Under the pieces are notes generated by a model. It was not told where the DNA came from. It did not search any database and saw only the letters and a list, made by a program, of their open reading frames with translations. A stretch of 64,000 nt of DNA from Macrostomum hystrix (Eukaryota; Animalia; Platyhelminthes): NCBI GenBank assembly GCA_950097015.1, contig CATNEN010000025.1:2480001-2544000 (forward strand), given 5' to 3'. Below are positions 36,351-49,117 of this stretch, in pieces. Position 1 is the first letter of the stretch. Every line of letters starts with the position of its first letter. The translations under genes were made by a program, and so were the position numbers.

Positions 36351-38004
36351 ACCAATCCTATTACCTTTTGAAGTCATGAAAAAACAGCCAGGTTTTTCCG
36401 TCATCCTTCCCTCACAGATTCGCAACAGACTACTTACAGCATAGTATTGGGAAACTGAGGATACAGGAACTATAAACTAAGTGAGGTTTAGGAGGGTGTC
36501 AGCAGAGGAACTGGTCCAAAAATTTGCACCAGCTGTTTGGCCATCGCTTTTCCAAGCTCTAATGGGTAATGGGTAATGTTCCATTAGCCAACTGCCATAG
36601 AGATAGAGAAGATTGCGGCTCTGTTAATGCAAATAAATCTATCACTTTTGACATTGGGGTGGTTGGGTCGGGTGGCGAGCGGCGTTCTTTCAGATAGATT
36701 TTATGGGAAAGGCTTAGTTAAAAGCATCAAAGCCTTAGTTACAGGCTACACTCACAATGACAACGCAGTCGAAGCATTTGTTGTCAAATTGAAAATAACA
36801 TGTTTTGTTGTTTTCCGGGTCGGTTTGTCGATTTATTTCCGTTTTTAAATTCAGATTTTTCAGAAAGAAAGAACGTGCCTATTTTTCTGAAATCCGTTTT
36901 TTTCTTCAATTGTAGCACAAATTTCTAACGAAAATAAAAAAGTAAAATCGGACGCATTATAAGCATTTTATTTCTAAGAAACCGCTTTTAGAATCGAACA
37001 GCATTCTAAAGAAAATAATTCTTAGAAACCTCCAATTAAAGTAATCGTGGAATTCGCAAAATAATCGGCGATCTTTTGTAACATTTTAATGGGATTAAAA
37101 ATCAACAGTCACGCTGTCCAAGGTACTCATTAGATTTCTAAGAAAACGATTCAGATTTCTTAGAAACGAGTGCAATTTCTTAGAATATATTGGAATAAAA
37201 AATAATTGGAAATTGAGTTTATTTAGAAACCAGTGAGACTTTTTAAAACCACGAAATGAGTGAGATTTCTAAGAAACTGATAGTATTTCTAAGAAACGAG
37301 GGAGATTTATAAGAATCATTTGAGATTTATAAGGCTTGAAAGATTTATTTAAAAAAACGATTCCGTTTTCTTAGAAACGAGTGCAATTTCTTAGAACCGA
37401 TTGGAATTTTAAAAAATAATAGAAAATTGGGTTCATTAAGAAACCAGTGAGACTTCTTAAAACCTGCGAATTTTTAAGTAAGCATCATCTACGAAAACAG
37501 CAAGATTGTCTAGAAACTAAAAACGATTTCTTAGAAACGTGTGATATTTCAAAGATGGCAATCGTGAAAATCTTATGAATTTCATTCTCAAAGTTTGGAA
37601 AAATAGCATGAAAGTCAATGAACAGCTTTGCTAATTGTGTTTGGTTTTTCGGATTGTTAACTAAAAGTCCTCGTCAAGTTTCACTTCTGACTAAACATAT
37701 TCGCAGACTAGTTTCAGGACTTGGTTGCTCAGGACAGACAAGATATACAATTTTAACGCAATATTTTAATTCCGGTGTCCTAATTTTCGCGTGCCTATAC
37801 ACAAACTTCCATGACTAGCCCATTGCTTTTCGTTTTATTCTGAGTGTCATAGGATTCAGCTGTTTCAGAAAAGAGACACTAATTTCGATACAAAATTAGT
37901 TTGGGCCGCCTAGTGGAACTACATTATTGACCTTGATTTTCTAATTTTCTAAGCATTTCTTTTCTCCACCAGTGTTTGTTTGTCTTCGATTGAATATGAA
38001 ATAA

Positions 38005-39000
38005 TGAACTTCTCCCTTCTCCCTTCTCCCGTTTCCCATCTCCCATCTCCAACATTCTTTCTCCCTTCTCCCTTCTCCCTTCGCCCTTCTCCCTTCTCCC
38101 TTCTCCCATCTCCCTTCTCCCATCTCCCTTCTCCCATCTCCCTTCTCCCATCTCCCTTCTCCCCCGTCTTCCGTCTCCCTACTCCCTTCTTCCATCTCCA
38201 TTTTCCCGTCTCCCTTCTCCCTTCTCCCGTTTCCCATCGCCCATCTCCAACATTATTTCTCCCTTCTCCCTTCGCCCTTCTCCCTTCTCCCTTCTCACGT
38301 CTCCCGTCTCCCTTCTCCCTTCTCCCTTCTCCGGTCTCCCATCTCCCTTCTCCCATCTCCCTTCTCCCATCTCCCTTCTCCCCCGTCTTCCGTCTCCCTA
38401 CTCCCTTCTTCCATCTCAATTTTCCCGTCTCCCTTCTCCCTTCTCCCGTTTCCCATCGCCCATCTCCAACATTATTTCTCCCTTCTCCCTTCGCCCTTCT
38501 CCCTTCTCCCTTCTCACGTCTCCCGTCTCCCTTCTCCCTTCTCCCTTCTCACGTCTCCCTTCTCCCTTCTCTTTTCTCCCTTCTCCCTTCTCCCGTTTCC
38601 CATCGCCCATCTCCAACATTATTTCTCCCTTCTCCCTTCTCCCTTCTCACGTCTCCCTTCTCCCTTCTACCTTCTCTCTTCACCCTTCCCCCGTCTCCCT
38701 TCTCTCTTCTCCCGTCTCCCTTCTCCCTTCTCCCTTCTCCCTTCTACCTTCTCTCTTCACCCTTCCCCCGTCTCCCTTCTCTCTTCTCCCGTCTCCCTTC
38801 TCCCTTCTCCCTTCTCCCTTCTACCTTCTCTCTTCACCCTTCCCCCGTCTCCCTTCTCTCTTCTCCCGTCTCCCTTCTCCCGTCTCCCTTCTCCTGTCTC
38901 CCTTCTCGCTTCTCCAGTCTCCAACATTCTTTCTCCCTTCTCCCTTCTCTCTTCACCCTTCCCCCGTCTCCATTCTCTCTTCTCCCTTCTCTCTTCTCCC
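38005..39000. repeat. 7-bp (CTTCTCC)-based polypyrimidine repeat with longer duplicated blocks
   Basis: Tandem degenerate heptamers. Confidence 0.92.
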
Positions 39001-39379
39001 GTATCCAAATTATATTCTTTAATCTCCCATAATTCTTCTCTATTATTCCTTCTCTCAGCTAACTCCCCCTAACTTTCCTTACCTTTCGATTTAATCTGTG
39101 TCCCAATCTTCCTAAAGGCCTGAACCCTCAATTCGAACGCTTTTGTTAACCTCCATTCACCTGGCTCTCGTAATTAACTAGGCCCTCCAATCTGTCCGGT
39201 AAATTTATTTTCCTAATCTCTCGCCTTGACTAGAGTTACCGTCAGTTATTTTACAACTACAAAAAACGTTTTCTGAATTATAAAACGCACTTTACGTGAC
39301 TATGCATAATGTCACTGGACCAAAATTAGTTTTATAGCAACGTTGCACATTTTTATATGAATGATCTGCTTTATGACAG

Positions 39380-39700
39380 ATATTCAGTATGACCAATCTT
39401 CAGTATGACCAATATTCAGTATGACTAATCTTCAGTATGACTGAACTTCTGTATGACCGATCTTCAGTATGACCGATCTGCAGTATGATCGATCTGCAGT
39501 ATGACCGATCTGCTGTATGACCTATCTGCTGTATGACCGATCTTCAGTATGATCGATCTGCAGTATGATCGATCTGCAGTATGACCGATCTGCAGTATGA
39601 CCGATCTTCAGTATGATCGATCTGCAGTATGATCGATCTGAAGTATGACCGATCTGCAGTATGACCGATCTTCAGTATGACCGATCTGCAGTATGACCGA
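39380..39700. repeat. 16-bp minisatellite (CAGTATGACCGATCTG)
   Basis: About 20 units. Confidence 0.93.
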
Positions 39701-40282
39701 TCCGACTCTCGTGAGGTTTGTCATTTTAGAAAGCTTTGCAATTAACTCGTTAACCATTCGAGTCAGCCGACATGTCTTACAATGAGACGCCTCAGAAGTC
39801 AAGATCTATGCCGGCACGAACAAACGACTCGAACCTGTCAGTCCATCGGCCATTGATTAATCACTTCACCTACGTGCCTCAACTGTGTGTCGTATTTTAT
39901 GAAGTCGCTGTGAGGTTTTTCAGCCTTTGCGATCCCAAACAAAATGCCTTTGAATAGACTTGCACAGACATAGACTCGGCCCCGGCTGGAGGAAAATCGA
40001 TTTAATTACTTCCTTGGTTGCTCCAAGCCGGGAGAACTTTAAGGCGAGGGAAGAAATGAGAAATGGATAGGAGAAAGATCCAGAGAAAAAGTTCTATATA
40101 TGTTGGCAGAAAACTCCCATGCCGCTCCGCACAATAATCCATTCACTACTGGAACAAATTTTCCATTTCACATCAGCTTTTTAAAACATCTATTCGGATT
40201 GTAATATATGAGATCATGAGAGTAAACTGAGAGAATGAGAGAGTTGGGTGAGAGAGAGGACACTGCCCATTGAATTTCAAAA

Positions 40283-41380
40283 GGAGAGAGAAGGAGAGAG
40301 TAGGTGAGAGAAGGAGAGAGTAGGGTGAGAGAAGGAGAGAGTAGTTGAGAGAAGGAGAGAGTAGGTGAGAGAAGGAGAGAGTAGGTTAGAGAAGGAGAGA
40401 GTAGGTGAGAGAAGGAGAGAGTAGGTTAGAGAAGGAGAGAAAAGGTGAGAGAAGGAGAGAGTAGGTGAGAGAAGGAGAGAGTAGGTGAGAGAAGGAGAGA
40501 GTAGGTGAGAGAAGGAGAGAGTAGGTTAGAGAAGGAGAGAAAAGGTGAGAGAAGGAGAGAGTAGGTGAGAGAAGGAGAGAGTAGGTGAGAGAAGGAGAGA
40601 GTAGGTGAGAGAAGGAGAGAGTAGGTTAGAGAAGGAGAGAAAAGGTGAGAGAAGGAGAGAGTAGGTGAGAGAAGGAGAGAGTAGGTTAGAGAAGGAGAGA
40701 GTAGGTGAGAGAGGGAGAGAGTAGGTGAGAGAAGGAGAGAGTAGATGAGAGAAGGAGAGAGTAGGGTGAGAGAAGGAGAGAGTAGGGTGAGAGAAGGAGA
40801 GAGTAGGTGAGAGAAGGAGAGAGTAGGTGAGAGAAGGAGAGAGTAGGTGAGAGAAGGAGAGAGTAGGGTGAGAGAAGGAGAGAGTAGTTGAGAGAAGGAG
40901 AGAGTAGGTGAGAGAAGGAGAGAGTAGGTTAGAGAAGGAGAGAGTAGGTGAGAGAAGGAGAGAGTAGGTTAGAGAAGGAGAGAAAAGGTGAGAGAAGGAG
41001 AGAGTAGGTGAGAGAAGGAGAGAGTAGGTGAGAGAAGGAGAGAGTAGGTGAGAGAAGGAGAGAGTAGGTTAGAGAAGGAGAGAAAAGGTGAGAGAAGGAG
41101 AGAGTAGGTGAGAGAAGGAGAGAGTAGGTGAGAGAAGGAGAGAGTAGGTGAGAGAAGGAGAGAGTAGGTTAGAGAAGGAGAGAAAAGGTGAGAGAAGGAG
41201 AGAGTAGGTGAGAGAAGGAGAGAGTAGGTTAGAGAAGGAGAGAGTAGGTGAGAGAGGGAGAGAGTAGGTGAGAGAAGGAGAGAGTAGATGAGAGAAGGAG
41301 AGAGTAGGGTGAGAGAAGGAGAGAGTAGGGTGAGAGAAGGAGAGAGTAGGGTGAGAGAAGGAGAGAGTAGGGTGAGAGAA
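40283..41380. repeat. 20-bp purine-rich minisatellite (GAGAGAAGGAGAGAGTAGGT)
   Basis: About 55 units; same family as the repeats around the hammerheads. Confidence 0.96.
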
Positions 41381-42442
41381 TTAGGAGGAGTGTAAGCGCA
41401 TCTCCCACAGCCAACGCCATGTCAAACGAAGGCTAATTGGAAGGCCCTATCATCTCTCATCATAGGCACCAAAAGCTGAGCATACATTTTAAATGTTGGC
41501 AGAGCAGGCATATTTTTGTCCTGTCCTAATCAGAATTTTGTTTGTCCAGCACTAATATTTGAATGAATGCATGAATTCAAAAGTACAATTGATTTGAAAA
41601 CAGGAAAAAACTGATTAAAGGCACTAGCCAATCGACGGTGCACTCAGTTCTGATTGGATGAGAGAAGGGAGTGGCTAGAAGATAGAACAGGTTTTTGTAT
41701 GCTAGCAATTAACACAGCTCTGAGGACAGGCAGAGAGGTTCGAATGGATATTGTCTGCATGACTACCAACTCAGAACTTCAAATCTCCAATATTAAACTA
41801 CCTCATAGTTTAAACAATGACTTCTCCAGCTAGGGCTACTAGAAGCAGCAGCAATTTCGGGTGAGAAAGCTTTCACTGTTCAACAGGAGCTGACTGACAC
41901 ATATCACGTGCATTTCGAAAGTGAGGATGTGAATAAAAGAGGAGACGAAATGGAAGACAGTTGACCGATTGGCAGCAAGAAAATGCACAGCTGTGACGAT
42001 TGTCAGATTGGAGAGAAAATAGAAAGAGAGTAGGGTGAGAGAAGGAGACAGTAGGTGGGAGAGAGAGAGTAGAGTAAGCGAAGGAGAGAGTAGATGAGAG
42101 AAGGAGACAGTAGGTGGGAGAGAGAGAGTAGAGTAAGCGAAGGAGAGAGTAGATGAGAGAAGGAGAGAGTAGGTAAGAGAAGGAGAGAGTAGGGTGAGAG
42201 AAGGAGAGAGTAGAGTGAGCGAAGGAGAGAGTAGGTGGAGGAGGAGAGAGTAGGTGAGAGAAGGAGAGAGTAGTGTGAGAGAAGGAGAGAGTAGGTATGA
42301 GAAGAAGAGAGTAAGGGAGAGAGGGAGAGAGAGAGAGTGGGAGAGAGGAGAGAGGACACTGCCCATTGAATTTCAAAAATCTAATGTTGGAATCGATTCC
42401 GATATGTATCGAAAAAATTGAAATCAGGATTCGAACCAAGGC

Positions 42443-42487
42443 AACTCTAGACGCGTTTCGCTCTTATTGGAGCTCATCAGTAGAGTC
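42443..42487 (-). ncRNA. Minimal type I hammerhead ribozyme, copy 1
   Basis: Minus strand GACUCUA-CUGAUGA-GCUC(CAAUAA)GAGC-GAAAC-GC-GUC^UAGAGUU: complete core, 7-bp stem I, 4-bp stem II, palindromic ACGCGU stem III. Predicted cut between 42450 and 42449. Confidence 0.9.
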
Positions 42488-42742
42488 TAGCCTACACCTA
42501 CTCTAGAGAGAGTAGGTGAGAGAAGGAGAGAGTAGGTGAGAGAGGGAGAGAGTAGGTGAGAGAAGGAGAGAGTAGGGTGAGAGAAGGAGAGAGTAGGTAT
42601 GAGAAGAAGAGAGTAAGGGAGAGAGGGAGAGAGAGAATGGGAGAGAGGAGAGAGGACACTGCCCATTGAATTTCAAAAATCTAATGTTGGAATCGATTCC
42701 GATATGTATCGAAAAAATTGAAACCAGGATTCGAACCAAGGC

Positions 42743-42787
42743 AACTCTAGACGCGTTTCGCTCTTATTGGAGCTCATCAGTAGAGTC
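42743..42787 (-). ncRNA. Minimal type I hammerhead ribozyme, copy 2
   Basis: Identical to copy 1, offset by exactly 300 bp. Predicted cut between 42750 and 42749. Confidence 0.9.
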
Positions 42788-43599
42788 TAGCCTACACCTA
42801 CTCTAGAGAGAGTAGGTGAGAGAAGGAGAGAGTAGGTGAGAGAGGGAGAGAGTAGGTGAGAGAAGGAGAGAGTAGGTGACAGAAGGAGAGAGTAGGTGAG
42901 AGAAGGAGAGAGTAGGGAGAGAGGGTGTGAGAAGTAGTAGGGTGAGAGAAGGAGAGGTGAAGTTTCTTGAATGTGTTAATTTCAGGAAAATATATTTTGA
43001 AGATAAGGGAATTTCCGTAAAATTGAAAAACTTCTAGTTTTTTTGCTACCTTTTCGGGAAAATAGTTTCTTTGAGGAGTCAAACGAAATACGAGTATTTT
43101 CGGAATTTCTTTCCCGAATTATCAATTCGGAATTGGCTCAAGCGAAGAGTGCATATTCTAACATTTCTACCCCCCTAAGCTTTAGGTCTCATCTTGAAGA
43201 GCACTCTAAATAGCGGAAATCGTTAATCCTTATCCAACGTCTCTCGTTATTCGATCGGTGCGTTCTGATTGGGTAACGGAAAAAGGCCCAGAAGAAACTA
43301 GAAAACTGTGAAGCAGCTCCACAGAGATAAGCGGTCACGCTTTGCTGATTCTGAAGTTCCCATCCCAGTGAAGCCTCTGGATCAATCAATAAGATACCAA
43401 AGCAAGCTGAGAGATGGAGGGCATTGCGGCTCGGGCCACATACCAATGAGAACTGGTATGGAAATGCTATAACTGCTTCGAATATAATATATTTTTATTC
43501 GAACATATTTACTAACAGCTGGAACATAACATCTATACTAGCAGCTGGAACATAACATCTTTGCTAACAGCTGGAACATAACATCTTTACTAACATCTA

Positions 43600-46500
43600 T
43601 ACTACGACTACATAACAGCTTGAATATAACATCTAAACTACATAACAGCTTGAATATAACATCTAAACTACATAACAGCTTGAATATGACATCTAAACTA
43701 CATAACAGCTTGAACATAACATCTAAACTACATAACAGCTAGAACATGACATCTAAACTACATAACAGCTTGAACATGACATCTAAACTACATAACAGCT
43801 TGAACATAGCATCTAAACTACATAACAGCTAGAACATAGCATCTAAACTACATAACAGCTTGAACATGATATCTAAACTACATAACAGCTTGAACATAAC
43901 ATCTAAACTACATAACAGCTTGAACATAACATCTAAGCTACATAACAGCTTGAACATGACATCTAAACTACATAACAGCTTGAATATAACATCTAAGCTA
44001 CATAACAGCTAGAACATAGCATCTAAACTACATAACAGCTAGAACATAACATCTAAACTACATAACAGCTTGAACATAACATCTAAACTACATAACAGCT
44101 TGAACATAACATCTAAACTACATAACAGCTTGAACATAACATCTAAGCTACATAACAGCTTGAACATGACATCTAAACTACATAACAGCTTGAACATGAC
44201 ATCTAAACTACATAACAGCTTGAACATGATATCTAAACTACATAACAGCTTGAACATAACATCTAAACTACATAACAGCTTGAACATAACATCTAAGCTA
44301 CATAACAGCTTGAACATGACATCTAAACTACATAACAGCTTGAATATAACATCTAAGCTACATAACAGCTAGAACATAGCATCTAAACTACATAACAGCT
44401 AGAACATGACATCTAAACTACATAACAGCTTGAACATGACATCTAAACTACATAACAGCTTGAACATGACATCTAAACTACATAACAGCTTGAACATAAC
44501 GTCTAAACTACATAACAGCTTGAACATAACATCTAAACTACATAACAGCTTGAACATGACATCTAAACTACATAACAGCTTGAACATGACATATAAACTA
44601 CATAACAGCTTGAACATAACATCTAAACTACATAACAGCTTGAACATGACATCTAAACTACATAACAGCTTGAACATGACATCTAAACTACATAACAGCT
44701 TGAACATAACGTCTAAACTACATAACAGCTTGAACATAACATCTAAACTACATAACAGCTTGAACATGACATCTAAACTACATAACAGCTTGAACATGAC
44801 ATCTAAACTACATAACAGCTTGAACATGACATCTAAACTACATAACAGCTTGAATATGACATCTAAACTACATAACAGCTTGAACATGACATCTAAACTA
44901 CATAACAGCTTGAACATAACATCTAAACTACATAACAGCTAGAACATGACATCTAAACTACATAACAGCTTGAACATGACATCTAAACTACATAACAGCT
45001 TGAACATAGCATCTAAACTACATAACAGCTAGAACATAGCATCTAAACTACATAACAGCTTGAACATGATATCTAAACTACATAACAGCTTGAACATAAC
45101 ATCTAAACTACATAACAGCTTGAACATAACATCTAAGCTACATAACAGCTTGAACATGACATCTAAACTACATAACAGCTTGAATATAACATCTAAGCTA
45201 CATAACAGCTAGAACATAGCATCTAAACTACATAACAGCTAGAACATAACATCTAAACTACATAACAGCTTGAACATGACATCTAAACTACATAACAGCT
45301 TGAACATGACATCTAAACTACATAACAGCTTGAACATAACGTCTAAACTACATAACAGCTTGAACATAACATCTAAACTACATAACAGCTTGAACATGAC
45401 ATCTAAACTACATAACAGCTTGAACATGACATCTAAACTACATAACAGCTTGAACATGACATCTAAACTACATAACAGCTTGAATATGACATCTAAACTA
45501 CATAACAGCTTGAACATGACATCTAAACTACATAACAGCTTGAACATAACATCTAAACTACATAACAGCTAGAACATGACATCTAAACTACATAACAGCT
45601 TGAACATGACATCTAAACTACATAACAGCTTGAACATAGCATCTAAACTACATAACAGCTAGAACATAGCATCTAAACTACATAACAGCTTGAACATGAT
45701 ATCTAAACTACATAACAGCTTGAACATAACATCTAAACTACATAACAGCTTGAACATAACATCCAAGCTACATAACAGCTTGAACATGACATCTAAACTA
45801 CATAACAGCTTGAATATAACAACTAAGCTACATAACAGCTAGAACATAGCATCTAAACTACATAACAGCTAGAACATAACATCTAAACTACATAACAGCT
45901 TGAACATAACATCTAAACTACATAACAGCTTGAACATAACATCTAAACTACATAACAGCTTGAACATAACATCTAAGCTACATAACAGCTTGAACATGAC
46001 ATCTAAACTACATAACAGCTTGAACATGACATCTAAACTACATAACAGCTTGAACATGATATCTAAACTACATAACAGCTTGAACATAACATCTAAACTA
46101 CATAACAGCTTGAACATAACATCTAAGCTACATAACAGCTTGAACATGACATCTAAACTACATAACAGCTTGAATATAACATCTAAGCTACATAACAGCT
46201 AGAACATAGCATCTAAACTACATAACAGCTAGAACATGACATCTAAACTACATAACAGCTTGAACATGACATCTAAACTACATAACAGCTTGAACATAAC
46301 ATCTAAAGCTACATAACAGCTTGAACATGACATCTAAACTACATAACAGCTTGAACATGACATCTAAACTACATAACAGCTTGAACATGATATCTAAACT
46401 ACATAACAGCTTGAACATGACATATAAACTACATAACAGCTTGAACATAACATCTAAACTACATAACAGCTTGAACATGACATCTAAACTACATAACAGC

Positions 46501-49117
46501 TTGAACATGACATCTAAACTACATAACAGCTTGAACATAACGTCTAAACTACATAACAGCTGAACATAACATCTAAACTACATAACAGCTTGAACATGAC
46601 ATCTAAACTACATAACAGCTTAACATGACATCTAAACTACATAACAGCTTGAACATGACATCTAAACTACATAACAGCTTGAACATGATATCTAAACTAC
46701 ATAACAGCTTGAACATAACATCTAAACTACATAACAGCTTGAACATAACATCTAAAGCTACATAACAGCTTGAACATGACATCTAAACTACATAACAGCT
46801 TGAATATAACATCTAAGCTACATAACAGCTAGAACATAGCATCTAAACTACATAACAGCTAGAACATAACATCTAAACTACATAACAGCTTGAACATAAC
46901 ATCTAAACTACATAACAGCTTGAACATAACATCTAAGCTACATAACAGCTTGAACATGACATCTAAACTACATAACAGCTTGAACATGACATCTAAACTA
47001 CATAACAGCTTGAACATGATATCTAAACTACATAACAGCTTGAACATAACATCTAAACTACATAACAGCTTGAACATAACATCTAAGCTACATAACAGCT
47101 TGAACATGACATCTAAACTACATAACAGCTTGAATATAACATCTAAGCTACATAACAGCTAGAACATAGCATCTAAACTACATAACAGCTAGAACATGAC
47201 ATCTAAACTACATAACAGCTTGAACATGACATCTAAACTACATAACAGCTTGAACATGACATCTAAACTACATAACAGCTTGAACATAACGTCTAAACTA
47301 CATAACAGCTTGAACATAACATCTAAACTACATAACAGCTTGAACATGACATCTAAACTACATAACAGCTTGAACATGACATATAAACTACATAACAGCT
47401 TGAACATAACATCTAAACTACATAACAGCTTGAACATGACATCTAAACTACATAACAGCTTGAACATGATATCTAAACTACATAACAGCTTGAACATAAC
47501 GTCTAAACTACATAACAGCTTGAACATAACATCTAAACTACATAACAGCTTGAACATGACATCTAAACTACATAACAGCTTGAACATGACATCTAAACTA
47601 CATAACAGCTTGAACATGACATCTAAACTACATAACAGCTTGAACATGATATCTAAACTACATAACAGCTTGAACATAACATCTAAACTACATAACAGCT
47701 TGAACATAACATCTAAACTACATAACAGCTTGAACATGAAATCTAAACTACATAACAGCTTGAATATAACATCTAAGCTACATAACAGCTAGAACATAGC
47801 ATCTAAACTACATAACAGCTTGAACATGACATCTAAACTACATAACAGCTTGAACATAACATCTAAACTACATAACAGCTTGAACATAACATCTAAACTA
47901 CATAACAGCTTGAACATAACATCTAAGCTACATAACAGCTTGAACATGACATCTAAACTACATAACAGCTTGAACATGACATCTAAACTACATAACAGCT
48001 TGAACATGATATCTAAACTACATAACAGCTTGAACATAACATCTAAACTACATAACAGCTTGAACATAACATCTAAGCTACATAACAGCTTGAACATGAC
48101 ATCTAAACTACATAACAGCTTGAATATAACATCTAAGCTACATAACAGCTAGAACATAGCATCTAAACTACATAACAGCTAGAACATGACATCTAAACTA
48201 CATAACAGCTTGAACATGACATCTAAACTACATAACAGCTTGAACATGACATCTAAACTACATAACAGCTTGAACATAACGTCTAAACTACATAACAGCT
48301 TGAACATAACATCTAAACTACATAACAGCTTGAACATGACATCTAAACTACATAACAGCTTGAACATGACATATAAACTACATAACAGCTTGAACATAAC
48401 ATCTAAACTACATAACAGCTTGAACATGACATCTAAACTACATAACAGCTTGAACATGACATCTAAACTACATAACAGCTTGAACATAACGTCTAAACTA
48501 CATAACAGCTTGAACATAACATCTAAACTACATAACAGCTTGAACATGACATCTAAACTACATAACAGCTTGAACATGACATATAAACTACATAACAGCT
48601 TGAACATGACATCTAAACTACATAACAGCTTGAATATGACATCTAAACTACATAACAGCTTGAACATGACATCTAAACTACATAACAGCTTGAATATGAC
48701 ATCTAAACTACATAACAGCTTGAACATGACATCTAAACTACATAACAGCTTGAACATGACATATAAACTACATAACAGCTTGAACATGACATATAAACTA
48801 CATAACAGCTTGAACATGACATCTAAACTACATAACAGCTTGAACATGACATATAAACTACATAACAGCTTGAACATAACATCTAAACTACATAACAGCT
48901 TGAACATGACATCTAAACTACATAACAGCTTGAACATGACATCTAAACTACATAACAGCTTGAACATAACATCTAAACTACATAACAGCTTGAACATAAC
49001 ATCTAAACTACATAACAGCTTGAACATGACATCTAAACTACATAACAGCTTGAACATAACATCTAAACTACATAACAGCTTGAACATGACATCTAAACTA
49101 CATAACAGCTTGAACAT
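43600..49117. repeat. 30-bp satellite (ACATCTAAACTACATAACAGCTTGAACATG), 5.5 kb, with higher-order structure
   Basis: About 184 units; diagnostic variants recur periodically. Confidence 0.98.

Larger units (their letters stand above)
42020..42955. repeat. 300-bp tandem unit: 20-bp minisatellite blocks alternating with a ~155-bp hammerhead-containing core
   Basis: Cores at about 42352-42505 and 42652-42805 are near-identical. Confidence 0.92.

Noticed and set aside
43185-43225. TTGAAGAGCACTCTAAATAGCGGAAATCGTT as a possible hammerhead relic
   Set aside because: The core and stems are too degenerate to support the call.
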